From: Firmicutes bacterium UBA3914
GTDB lineage: Bacteria > Bacillota > Limnochordia > Darwinibacteriales > Darwinibacteriaceae
Length of the DNA stretch: 53,262 nucleotides
Assembly: GCA_002391385.1 (NCBI GenBank)
Contig: DGEY01000059.1
Location: 1-53,262, forward strand
Reading direction: 5' to 3'
Below the pieces are notes generated by a model, which was given only the letters and a program-made list of their open reading frames with translations, searched no databases and was not told the origin of the DNA. A program made the translations under genes and the position numbers. Shown here in pieces: positions 44,560 through 52,745 of this stretch (positions are counted from its first letter, which is position 1; each line of letters begins with the position of its first letter).

Positions 44560-45417
44560 ATGCATCCCCTGCGCAAGGGTGCCAGCGGGACTTTTCTTGC
44601 TGCACTAATCCTCTGCACGCTGCTTTCCCCGCAGGCCGCGGGGGAAAGCCCTCTGCTTCGGCGCGGCATGCGAGGCGTCGAGGTGGCTGCCCTCCAGGAA
44701 CGCCTGGTGGAGCTGGGTTTTGAGCTGGCTGTAGATGGCATCTTCGGCCCCGAAACGGAAGGGGCGGTCAAAAAGCTCCAGGAGGTCCTGGGTCTGGACC
44801 CCGACGGGATTGTGGGACCCTTAACCAGCGCGGCCCTAGACGCCCTGGGGGAGTTGGTGGTGGCTTACACGGTGCAGCGGGGGGATAACCTGACCAAACT
44901 GGCCCAGCAGTACAAGACCACCGTCAGCAGGATTTCCAGCTACAACAGCCTGGCCAATCCGGATCGGCTCCTGGCCGGCCAGGTCCTGTATATCCCCACC
45001 AAAGCCGTGGCCGTGACGGGCCCCGCCTCCAGGCTGAACTTCCAGTGGCCCGTGCAGGGGACCATCAGCTCCGGCTACGGCAGCCGGATCCACCCCGTGC
45101 TGCAGGTGCGCCACTTCCACGGGGGCATCGACATCGCCGCACCGGAAGGGACCCCCGTAAAAGCCGCGGAGGCGGGCCGGGTAATCAAGGCCGGCAGCAT
45201 GGGCAATTACGGTTTGGGCGTGGTGATCGAGCACAGCGGCGGGGTGACCACCTGGTATGGGCATAACTCCAAGCTGCTGGTGCGCGCCGGCGATCTGGTC
45301 AAGCAGGGCCAGACCATCGCCTTGGTGGGCCGCAGCGGACTGACCACCGGGCCCCACCTGGATTTTCGGATCAAAATAGGGGACCAGACTGTGGACCCCC
45401 TGCAGTGGCTTCCTTAA
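44560..45417 (+). CDS. M23-family peptidoglycan endopeptidase with PG_binding_1 and LysM domains
   Basis: It has a signal peptide, GMRGVEVAALQERLVELGF...DGIFGPET, a LysM domain (YTVQRGDNLTKLAQQY) and M23 motifs (HGGIDIAAPEGTPV, GPHLDF). Confidence 0.85.
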   Translation: MHPLRKGASGTFLAALILCTLLSPQAAGESPLLRRGMRGVEVAALQERLVELGFELAVDGIFGPETEGAVKKLQEVLGLDPDGIVGPLTSAALDALGELVVAYTVQRGDNLTKLAQQYKTTVSRISSYNSLANPDRLLAGQVLYIPTKAVAVTGPASRLNFQWPVQGTISSGYGSRIHPVLQVRHFHGGIDIAAPEGTPVKAAEAGRVIKAGSMGNYGLGVVIEHSGGVTTWYGHNSKLLVRAGDLVKQGQTIALVGRSGLTTGPHLDFRIKIGDQTVDPLQWLP

Positions 45418-45422
45418 TTCAC

Positions 45423-45692
45423 CTATTTCAACAAGCGGCTCAGGGAGCGCAGCATATCCTCCAGTGCCTCGGAGCACCCTTCTTCCTGCCTTACGGCCTG
45501 CTCAATGCAGGATTTGGAGTACACTTCGAAGATCATGGTGGCAACTCCCGCCAGCGCCGCCCGGGCGGCGGCCACTTGGGTGAGGATTTCGCTGCAGGGC
45601 TGCCCTTCCGCGACCATTCTCTGCAGGCCGCGGATCTGCCCCTCGATGCGCGCCAGGCGCCGCAGCACGCTCTCTTGGTTCACTGTAGTCAC
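45423..45692 (-). CDS. CsoR/RcnR/FrmR-family metal- or thiol-sensing repressor (non-His variant)
   Basis: LRRLARIEGQIRGLQRMV...CSEILTQVAAARAAL is the family signature. Cys33 and Cys62 are spaced 29 apart as in CsoR, but Tyr58 sits at the His position. The GTG start has AAGGGGGA 6 nt upstream. Confidence 0.8.
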   Translation of the reverse strand: MTTVNQESVLRRLARIEGQIRGLQRMVAEGQPCSEILTQVAAARAALAGVATMIFEVYSKSCIEQAVRQEEGCSEALEDMLRSLSRLLK

Positions 45693-45714
45693 GGGCGTTC
45701 CCCCTTTCTTTTTG

Positions 45715-45743
45715 ATCTTACCTGCAAATCAAGCCGGTGTCAA
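45715..45743 (-). promoter_or_regulatory. sigma-A promoter candidate for the CsoR-like gene (TTGACA-N17-TAAGAT)
   Basis: On the - strand, TTGACA sits at 45743-45738, followed by a 17-nt spacer and TAAGAT at 45720-45715. Confidence 0.55.
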
Positions 45744-45802
45744 ACCCGGTGGGCGCAGGGAAAAGCACTTCGAAGGCGAACCATAAAGGTGAGGTGAGGG
45801 AA

Positions 45803-46693
45803 ATGATCGCCTGTGTGCAGATGAAGCTAAGAGCAGAAGACTACCGCACCGAGGAAAGCTTTGCCGCGCGCATCATGGGCATCATGGAGCGCATCCGCGT
45901 TGAAGCGGGCGAGGGGAGGCTTTTGGTGGCCTTTCCTGAGCATATCGGCACATTCTGCATCCTCAGCAACGCCCCGGAACGTGTTTGGGCCAAGGGAAGT
46001 TTTGCCCAGGCCAGTAAAGCACTGCTTTTGCACCATGGGGCGGCGGTGCTCCATCAGATGGTGGTGCACAGGGTCTCGCCGGTGCGGGCCCTCCTGCTGG
46101 CCCGCTCCCAGGAGCTGGAGCGCATCTATCTCTCGCCCTTTGTTGCCGCTGCCCGGAAGTACGAAGCGTGGATTGTGGCCGGCTCCGCAGCCCTGCGCTG
46201 GGGGCAGACCAGCCGCGTTTTCAACACCGCGCCGGTGATCACCCCCACGGGTCAGGTGATCTACCGCCAGCACAAGGTGAATCTGGTGGACATGGAGCAG
46301 AAAGGGGGCCTGGATCTGGAGCCCGCCCCCTTGAACTATGTCAGCGCGGTGCAGAGCCCCTTCGGCCCCTTGGGGGTTGCCGTCTGCCTGGATGCTTTTC
46401 ACCCGGAGGTGCGCCAGCGCCTGCAGGGGCTGGGGGCAAAGGTGTTCATCCAGCCCTCCGCCAACAACCACCCCTGGGATGACTGGCAGCAGCAGGACTG
46501 GCTGCGCAGCTCCTTTGCGGCCGTGGCGGAAAACAAAGAGTTCGAGCTGGCGGTGAACCCCATGCTGGTGGGCCGGCTCTGGGACATCGAATTCGAGGGC
46601 CAGTCCAGCATCATCGACCAAAACGGCCATGTGGTCCAGGCCCAAAGCGCCACCGAGGAGGAAATCCTGATCAGAAAAGACCTCTTAAACTGA
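45803..46693 (+). CDS. carbon-nitrogen hydrolase (nitrilase superfamily) protein
   Basis: Candidate catalytic triad contexts are VAFPEH (Glu), YRQHKVNL (Lys) and GVAVCLDAF (Cys). The ATG at 45803 follows GGTGAGGTGAGGG. Confidence 0.75.
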   Translation: MIACVQMKLRAEDYRTEESFAARIMGIMERIRVEAGEGRLLVAFPEHIGTFCILSNAPERVWAKGSFAQASKALLLHHGAAVLHQMVVHRVSPVRALLLARSQELERIYLSPFVAAARKYEAWIVAGSAALRWGQTSRVFNTAPVITPTGQVIYRQHKVNLVDMEQKGGLDLEPAPLNYVSAVQSPFGPLGVAVCLDAFHPEVRQRLQGLGAKVFIQPSANNHPWDDWQQQDWLRSSFAAVAENKEFELAVNPMLVGRLWDIEFEGQSSIIDQNGHVVQAQSATEEEILIRKDLLN

Positions 46694-47873
46694 TCTTCCG
46701 GCCCCGGGTATCAAACAGCTGGTGGTTCCAGAAGATGCACTTGAGCTTCCCCCGGAAATAGTACAGCCGGGGGATTTGTCTGCTCACCACGGTGCGCCGC
46801 ATCCCCACGCTCACCGTATCTCCCACCTGGAGATCGCTTTTGGTGAGATCCAGGCAGGTGAGGCCCATGCTCACCCGGCCCACAATGGGGAGGGGTTCCC
46901 TTCCGTGGAAGACGGCATGTTTGGGAAAGAGGGCCCTGAAAGCCGCGTGCTTAAATTGGCGCCAGGGAGAAGGCGCAGGTTCCAGCTCCAGGCCGTGTCC
47001 GTAGCCCACGGGAATCACCCCTAGGCGCAGAGGCCGCTGGGTGCGAAAGGCCCGGCTGTAGCCTACGCTGTGGCCCGGGGGGAGCCAGCGGGTTTGGATG
47101 ATCCGGGCTTGGCAGCGCCAGGTTTCCTGGAGCTGCCAGGAGCTGTCCAGGGGCAGGGGAGCCTGGCCGTAGAGCAGGGTGCCCAGCCGCACCAGATCGA
47201 GGTGGCTTTCGGGCAGGGTGAGAAAGGCGCTGCTGCCCGCGGCATGCCAGAGAAGGCCCGCCGGTGCAGCCTCCCGTAGGGCCAGCAGGCGCTGGAGCTG
47301 CCCCCGGGTGAACTTTTTATCCCCCGCGGCCGCGGAAAAGTGCGTGAAAACGCCTCCCAGATGGAGATGGGAGGCTTGTTTGATCTCAGCCAGCAGAGCG
47401 GGGAAATCCTCGGGGGCGGTACCCAGCCGTCCGAAGCCGGTGTCCACTTTGATCTGGACAGTAAGCCCTCCGGGCCTCAGCGCCGCCAAACGGTTCAGTT
47501 CCGGCACCAGCTCAGGCGAGGTGAGGGCCGGGATCAGGTTGTGCTTCACCACCGCGGGCAGCTGCCCCGGGAGGGGTGGGGCAAGGAGCATGATCCGGGC
47601 TTTAGTCCAGGCCAGAATATCCAGGGCCTCTTCCACGGTGCTCACCCCCAGGGTGGTGCAGCCCCGGGCCTGGAGAAAGGCCGCCACCACCGGCGCCCCG
47701 TGGCCGTAGGCATCGCCCTTGAGGATCGGTACAACCTGAGCACGGGTGCGCCTTTGGGCTGAGCGCAGGTTGTGCTCCAGGGCGGAAAGGTCCACCTCCA
47801 CCCAGGCGGAGAAGTCTAGCGGACCTTTTTGCGCTGGCGCAGCCAGTTGTGGAGTTGCAGTCCCCCGCACCAC
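46671..47873 (-). CDS. alr: alanine racemase
   Basis: VPILKGDAYGHGA (PLP Lys), SVGYSRAF and GRVSMGLTCLDLT are present. The GTG at 47873 has AAGGAGG 9 nt upstream, inside the upstream gene. Confidence 0.85.
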   Translation of the reverse strand: MVRGTATPQLAAPAQKGPLDFSAWVEVDLSALEHNLRSAQRRTRAQVVPILKGDAYGHGAPVVAAFLQARGCTTLGVSTVEEALDILAWTKARIMLLAPPLPGQLPAVVKHNLIPALTSPELVPELNRLAALRPGGLTVQIKVDTGFGRLGTAPEDFPALLAEIKQASHLHLGGVFTHFSAAAGDKKFTRGQLQRLLALREAAPAGLLWHAAGSSAFLTLPESHLDLVRLGTLLYGQAPLPLDSSWQLQETWRCQARIIQTRWLPPGHSVGYSRAFRTQRPLRLGVIPVGYGHGLELEPAPSPWRQFKHAAFRALFPKHAVFHGREPLPIVGRVSMGLTCLDLTKSDLQVGDTVSVGMRRTVVSRQIPRLYYFRGKLKCIFWNHQLFDTRGRKISLRGLF

Positions 47874-48865
47874 AGGGCATAGCCTCCTTGCCGAAGGGGG
47901 AGATCGAATTCGCCCACGTAGGTCTGGAGCTGGGCCCCAAACCCCTCCTTAAAGCGGTAGAGGCCGTAAAGGGGGTGTTCCGGGCGCAGATCCCCCGCTA
48001 CGCCCCGGAAATCATAGATGGTGCAGCCCGCCCCCTTGGCCCATTTGATCATCTCCCACTGGATCAGGTGCGGGGCCTGCAGGTTGCGCCGCTGGCCGCT
48101 GGAGGCACCGTAGGTGTACCATACCCGGGAACCCAGGCGAAAACAGATGGCCCCGGCCAGGGGAGTGCCTGCCTGGTAAGCCAGGAAGACCTTGCCCAAG
48201 CCGTTTTGAATTAAGTGGTCCCAGAGGGCTTCGAAGTAGCTGAAGCTGCGGATGGTGAAGCGGTCCCTGTGGGCCGTCTCCTGGAGCAGGGCGTAGAACA
48301 CTTTAAGCTCATCTTTATCCTTGACCTGCTGCACTTGCACCTGTTTGCGCTGGGCGTAACGGATGTTGTAGCGGGTTTTGCTCTTCATCTGGCTGAGCAG
48401 GGTGTCCAGGGAGCGACCTAGCTCCAGCACCATGACATGCCGGGGCTGGACGCTTTCGAAGTCAAGGCCGGTTTCCACCTGCCTGAGGCGGAAGGTTCTC
48501 ACCGCCTCCAGCCAGGTTGGATCCCCTTCTGGAATCGCCGGATCCATCTTCCAGACCAAGGCCCCCCGGGCCTTGAGAAAACCCGCGCCATCCCGCAGCA
48601 GCGCCGCCAGGGCTTCCTGCGAAGAGTAGAGGGGGCCCCGGGGGGAATAGGCGATCTGGGCGGGAAGGTAGGGTAGCCGCTTGGTCAAAATCAGAGCCGC
48701 TGCCCTGAGCACACCTCGGCTTAGGACCCCCAAGGGGTGAGCCTGCCAGCCTGTGGTTTCCTTGACCCTGCCCCAGGCTGTGGTCTGCAGCACATCGCCT
48801 CTGGGGTGGGCCGCAACGTACTGGTCAAACAGGGCTGGCCGATCCACGAAGAGCCTGGTTTCCAC
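47816..48865 (-). CDS. FemAB-family peptidoglycan bridge-formation aminoacyltransferase
   Basis: A 349-aa protein with DVLQTTAWGRVKETTGW, HRDRFTIRSFSYF and YTYGASS motifs typical of FemX/MurM-like enzymes. Confidence 0.75.
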   Translation of the reverse strand: METRLFVDRPALFDQYVAAHPRGDVLQTTAWGRVKETTGWQAHPLGVLSRGVLRAAALILTKRLPYLPAQIAYSPRGPLYSSQEALAALLRDGAGFLKARGALVWKMDPAIPEGDPTWLEAVRTFRLRQVETGLDFESVQPRHVMVLELGRSLDTLLSQMKSKTRYNIRYAQRKQVQVQQVKDKDELKVFYALLQETAHRDRFTIRSFSYFEALWDHLIQNGLGKVFLAYQAGTPLAGAICFRLGSRVWYTYGASSGQRRNLQAPHLIQWEMIKWAKGAGCTIYDFRGVAGDLRPEHPLYGLYRFKEGFGAQLQTYVGEFDLPLRQGGYALWCGGLQLHNWLRQRKKVR

Positions 48866-48955
48866 AGCCCTCCTCCTTCCGCACCACCATAGTATATGTA
48901 CTAATTACTCCCGGCGCCGCGTAATTATTCTTAGGAACAGGGAAGGGGGAAGCAA

Positions 48956-50110
48956 ATGCGGCGCGTTCAGGTGGCAGCTGTGCTGGTGCTGGCCGCGCTC
49001 CTGGGGCTGATACCCCTCAAGGCTGCGGCGAAGAGCACAGCCCCTCCGGAGCTCAGCTCCATTGCCTACGCGGTGTACGATGCCGACTATGACTTTTTGA
49101 TCCTGGAGAAAAACGCCTACCAGCGCCGTTCCATCGCCAGCATCACCAAAGTGATGACTCTGCTCCTCGCGGTGGAGCTGGTGGAGGCGGGCAAGATCGG
49201 CCTAGGGGATGAAGTGGTGGTGAGCGCCAGGGCGGCCAGCCGGGAGGGCACCCAGATCAACCTCAAGGCCGGCGATCGTTTGACCGTGGAGGAGCTGCTC
49301 TACGCCTCCGCCCTCCAATCGGCCAATGACGCCGCGGTGGCCTTGGCTGAATACGTGGCCGGTTCCGAGGCGGAGTTCGCCAAACTGATGAACGCCAAGG
49401 CCCAGGAGCTGGGGCTGCAGGATACCCACTATGTGGACTGCACCGGGCTCCTGTCCATGGGCAGCAACAACTATTCCACCGCCTACGACCAGGCCAGGCT
49501 GCTCAAGGCCGCGCTGCAGCATGAGCTCATGCGGACGATCCTCCGGGCCCCAGACTTCTTCCTCCCCAGCCAAAACCGGAAGATCACCAATTCCCATCCC
49601 CTCCTGGATTCCCCAGGGGTGGAGGGGGGCAAAACCGGGGCCACCACTCCCGCGGGCCATACCCTGATCACTTCCTGCGTCCGCCACGGTAGGAGGCTGA
49701 TCGCGGTGGTCTTGGGGGCCCGCACCCGGGAGATCAGAAACGCGGAAAACGAAGCCCTCCTGGAGTGGGCCTTTGCTAATCTGCGCACCTTGATCTCCAA
49801 GGAGGAGGTGCAGGCGCGCCTGGTGGTCCCAGACGGCGTCCAGCACCAGATCGATGCCGTGCTGGCCCAGGAGTATTCCGTGGTGGTCAGGGATGAAAGC
49901 GATCTGGAATTCAGCACCGAGGTGGAGCTTCTGCCCAGGCTCAGGGCGCCCATTGATGCTGGAGATAAGGTGGGGGAGCTGCTGGTGCGGCGGGCAGATG
50001 GAGTGACGGTGCGGCTGGACCTCTTGGCCCGCCAGAGCACGGGGCTGGCCAGTTGGCTCAGGCGTCTTTTTAACCGTCTGCGGCTGTTTTTCGGGAGGAT
50101 GGGTGGATGA
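48956..50110 (+). CDS. D-alanyl-D-alanine carboxypeptidase (S11, DacB/PBP5-like)
   Basis: It has a signal peptide, SxxK (SITK), SxN (SAND) and KTG (GGKTGAT). Confidence 0.85.
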   Translation: MRRVQVAAVLVLAALLGLIPLKAAAKSTAPPELSSIAYAVYDADYDFLILEKNAYQRRSIASITKVMTLLLAVELVEAGKIGLGDEVVVSARAASREGTQINLKAGDRLTVEELLYASALQSANDAAVALAEYVAGSEAEFAKLMNAKAQELGLQDTHYVDCTGLLSMGSNNYSTAYDQARLLKAALQHELMRTILRAPDFFLPSQNRKITNSHPLLDSPGVEGGKTGATTPAGHTLITSCVRHGRRLIAVVLGARTREIRNAENEALLEWAFANLRTLISKEEVQARLVVPDGVQHQIDAVLAQEYSVVVRDESDLEFSTEVELLPRLRAPIDAGDKVGELLVRRADGVTVRLDLLARQSTGLASWLRRLFNRLRLFFGRMGG

Positions 50111-52032
50111 GCATGGTGCAGAGGCGCATTCTCTTTTTGCTGCTCATGCTCCTGGGGGCGGTGGTGCTCCTAGGGGGGCGGCTGGCTTACCTCCAGCTCT
50201 GGCAAAACGAGTTCTACCAGGCTAAGGCCCTGGAGCAGCGCCTGCAGCGCATTCCCATTGAAGGACTGCGGGGCGGGATCTACGACCGCAACGGGGTGCC
50301 CCTGGCGGTGAGCGTCAGTGCCCACACCGTCTATGCCATCCCCGCGGAGGTGGAAGATGCAGAAGCCACGGCGCAGAAGCTTGCCGCCATCCTATCCTTG
50401 GACGAAGAGTTCATCCTCCAGCGCCTGCAGAAGCACTCCGCGGTGGAATGGCTCAAGAAAAAGATCACCGATGAAGACGCCCGGGCGGTGATCACCGCGC
50501 GGCTGCCGGGGATCGGAGTAGTTCCTTCTTCCACCCGCATCTACCCCTACGGCTCCGTGGCCCCGCAGGTTTTGGGGTTTGTGGGCATCGACAACCAGGG
50601 CCTGGAGGGTTTGGAGCTCTACTATGACGATTTTTTGCGGGGCACCCCAGGCGAGACCATCTTCGAGCGGGATGCCCAGGGCCGGGCCCTGGAGGATGGG
50701 GTGCGGGGGTACCTGCCGGGCCAACGGGGCGGCGATCTGATCCTGACCATCGATATCTTCATCCAGCGCATCGCCGAAGAAGAGGTGCGCCGGGCCACCC
50801 TGGAGACGGGCTCCCGTTTGGGTCTGATCCTGGTGAGCGATCCCCAAACCGGCGAAATCCTGGCCACGGCCATTTATCCATCCTTTGACCTGGAGAACTT
50901 CGCGGACTACCCCGCGGCTAACCGCAAGAACATCGCGGTCACCGACACCTACGAGCCCGGTTCCACCTTCAAGGCGGTCACCGCGGCCCTGGCCCTGGAG
51001 GAAGGGGTGGCCACGCTGCAGTCGGGCTTCTTCGACCCCGGGTACATCCGGGTATCCGGCTGGAATGTGCGCTGCTGGAACCGGGGTGGGCACGGGCCCC
51101 AGTCCTTTGTGGAGACCATGCAAAACTCCTGTAACCCCTATTACGCCAAGCTGGCCATTGACTTAGGCCCCGAGAGGTTCTACGACGGGCTGGTCCGCTT
51201 CAACCTGGGACACAAGACGGGTATTGACTTCCCGGGGGAAATGGCGGGTATCCTCCGGGCGCCTTCCCCCAGCATACCCCTGGTCACCTGGGCCAACATG
51301 GGCTTCGGTCAGGGGCTTACGGTTACCCCTGTGCAGCTTTTGGCTTGCTTTGGAGCGATTGCCAACAAGGGCATCTACACGCCCCTGCACTACGTCAAGG
51401 AATTGGTGACGGAAGAGGGGAGCTTCCCGCCGGATATCCCCGAGGCCCGGCAGGTGATTGCGGCGGAAATTGCGGAGACCACCGCCTACGTGCTGCGCAT
51501 GGCGGTGGAGCGGGGTTCGGGCAAGCGGGCGGAGGTGCCCGGTTACGATGTGGCGGGGAAGACGGGAACGGCCCAGCTGGTGGAACACGGCCGCTATTCC
51601 CACTCCAAAATGGTCACTTCCTTCGCCGGCTTCGCGCCGAAAGATGACCCCAAGATGGCGGCGCTGCTGGTTCTGTGGGAGCCCCAGGGCGCCTTTTACG
51701 GGGGAATCATCGCTTCACCTGTTTTCGCCCGCCTGGCGGAAGAGGTCCTCACCTACCTGGGGGTGGAGCGCAAGGCCACCTCCCGGGTCAGCCAAGTCCG
51801 GCAGGTGATCGTACCCGATGTGGGGGGCCTGGACGTTGAAGAGGCGGCAGCTCTGCTCCGGAGGCAGCAGTTCCGGGTGGAGGTGGTGGGCCCGGGCACC
51901 CGGGTCATTGGCCAGGTTCCCGCGCCAAAGGCCGAGGTGGATGTGGGCTCTTTGGTGTACATCTACACGGATCTGGAATCGGGGGAGGAAGTGGAGGCCG
52001 CAGCGGATCAGCCCAGTCCTTACGGGGCCTAA
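50107..52032 (+). CDS. class B penicillin-binding protein with one C-terminal PASTA domain (SpoVD/FtsI-like)
   Basis: It has a TM anchor, a dimerisation domain, STFK, SCN, KTGTA and a single PASTA domain (VIVPDVGGLDVEEAAALL...). The start overlaps the upstream stop as ATGA. Confidence 0.85.
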   Translation: MSMVQRRILFLLLMLLGAVVLLGGRLAYLQLWQNEFYQAKALEQRLQRIPIEGLRGGIYDRNGVPLAVSVSAHTVYAIPAEVEDAEATAQKLAAILSLDEEFILQRLQKHSAVEWLKKKITDEDARAVITARLPGIGVVPSSTRIYPYGSVAPQVLGFVGIDNQGLEGLELYYDDFLRGTPGETIFERDAQGRALEDGVRGYLPGQRGGDLILTIDIFIQRIAEEEVRRATLETGSRLGLILVSDPQTGEILATAIYPSFDLENFADYPAANRKNIAVTDTYEPGSTFKAVTAALALEEGVATLQSGFFDPGYIRVSGWNVRCWNRGGHGPQSFVETMQNSCNPYYAKLAIDLGPERFYDGLVRFNLGHKTGIDFPGEMAGILRAPSPSIPLVTWANMGFGQGLTVTPVQLLACFGAIANKGIYTPLHYVKELVTEEGSFPPDIPEARQVIAAEIAETTAYVLRMAVERGSGKRAEVPGYDVAGKTGTAQLVEHGRYSHSKMVTSFAGFAPKDDPKMAALLVLWEPQGAFYGGIIASPVFARLAEEVLTYLGVERKATSRVSQVRQVIVPDVGGLDVEEAAALLRRQQFRVEVVGPGTRVIGQVPAPKAEVDVGSLVYIYTDLESGEEVEAAADQPSPYGA

Positions 52033-52091
52033 CCGGGAAGAAGCGGCAAGTGGCAGGGAGGAGGTGGGGGAGGGCGCGGAGAAAACAGGTT

Positions 52092-52745
52092 CTATCCCGA
52101 GCTTGTTTGCTTTTCTTGGAAATAGCGGCAGTGCTCCTGGAGGGGGCACTGGTCGCAGAGGGGGCTGCGGGCTTTGCAGAGGGCCCGGCCGTGGCGGATC
52201 AGCCAGTGATGCGCGTCGATCCACTTTTCCTTAGGGATGGCCTCCATCAGCTGGCGCTCCGTCTCCTGGGGCGTGGCCGCGCTGGACAAGCCCAGGCGGT
52301 TGGCCACCCTGAAGACGTGGGTGTCCACGGCGATGGCGGGAATACCGAAGGCATTGGCCAGCACCACATTGGCTGTTTTCCTGCCTACCCCCGGCAGCGC
52401 CTCCAGCTCTTCCCGGGTGTTGGGAACCTGGCCGCCGTGCTTTTCCACCAGAATCTGCGCGGTCTTAATCAGGTTCTGGGCTTTGTTCCGCCACAGTCCC
52501 GCGCTGCGGATGTGGGCGGCCACCTCCTCAAAGCTGGCCGCGGCTAAGTGGTGGGCCGTGGGAAAGGCGGGGAAGAGCGTTTCGGTGATCTGGTTCACCC
52601 GCTCATCTGTGCACTGGGCAGAAAGGATGGTAGCCACCAAAAGCTGGAATGGACCGTTGTGCTTCAGGGCGGTCTTGGGATTGGGATACAGGTTTTCCAG
52701 GATCTTAAGGATTGCCAAGGTCGCTTTAGTAGTCAAAGAGTTCAT
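52092..52745 (-). CDS. nth: endonuclease III
   Basis: LVATILSAQCTDERVN, the HhH LPGVGRKTANVVL and the Fe-S motif CKARSPLCDQCPLQEHC (C-x6-C-x2-C-x5-C) are present. Confidence 0.93.
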   Translation of the reverse strand: MNSLTTKATLAILKILENLYPNPKTALKHNGPFQLLVATILSAQCTDERVNQITETLFPAFPTAHHLAAASFEEVAAHIRSAGLWRNKAQNLIKTAQILVEKHGGQVPNTREELEALPGVGRKTANVVLANAFGIPAIAVDTHVFRVANRLGLSSAATPQETERQLMEAIPKEKWIDAHHWLIRHGRALCKARSPLCDQCPLQEHCRYFQEKQTSSG

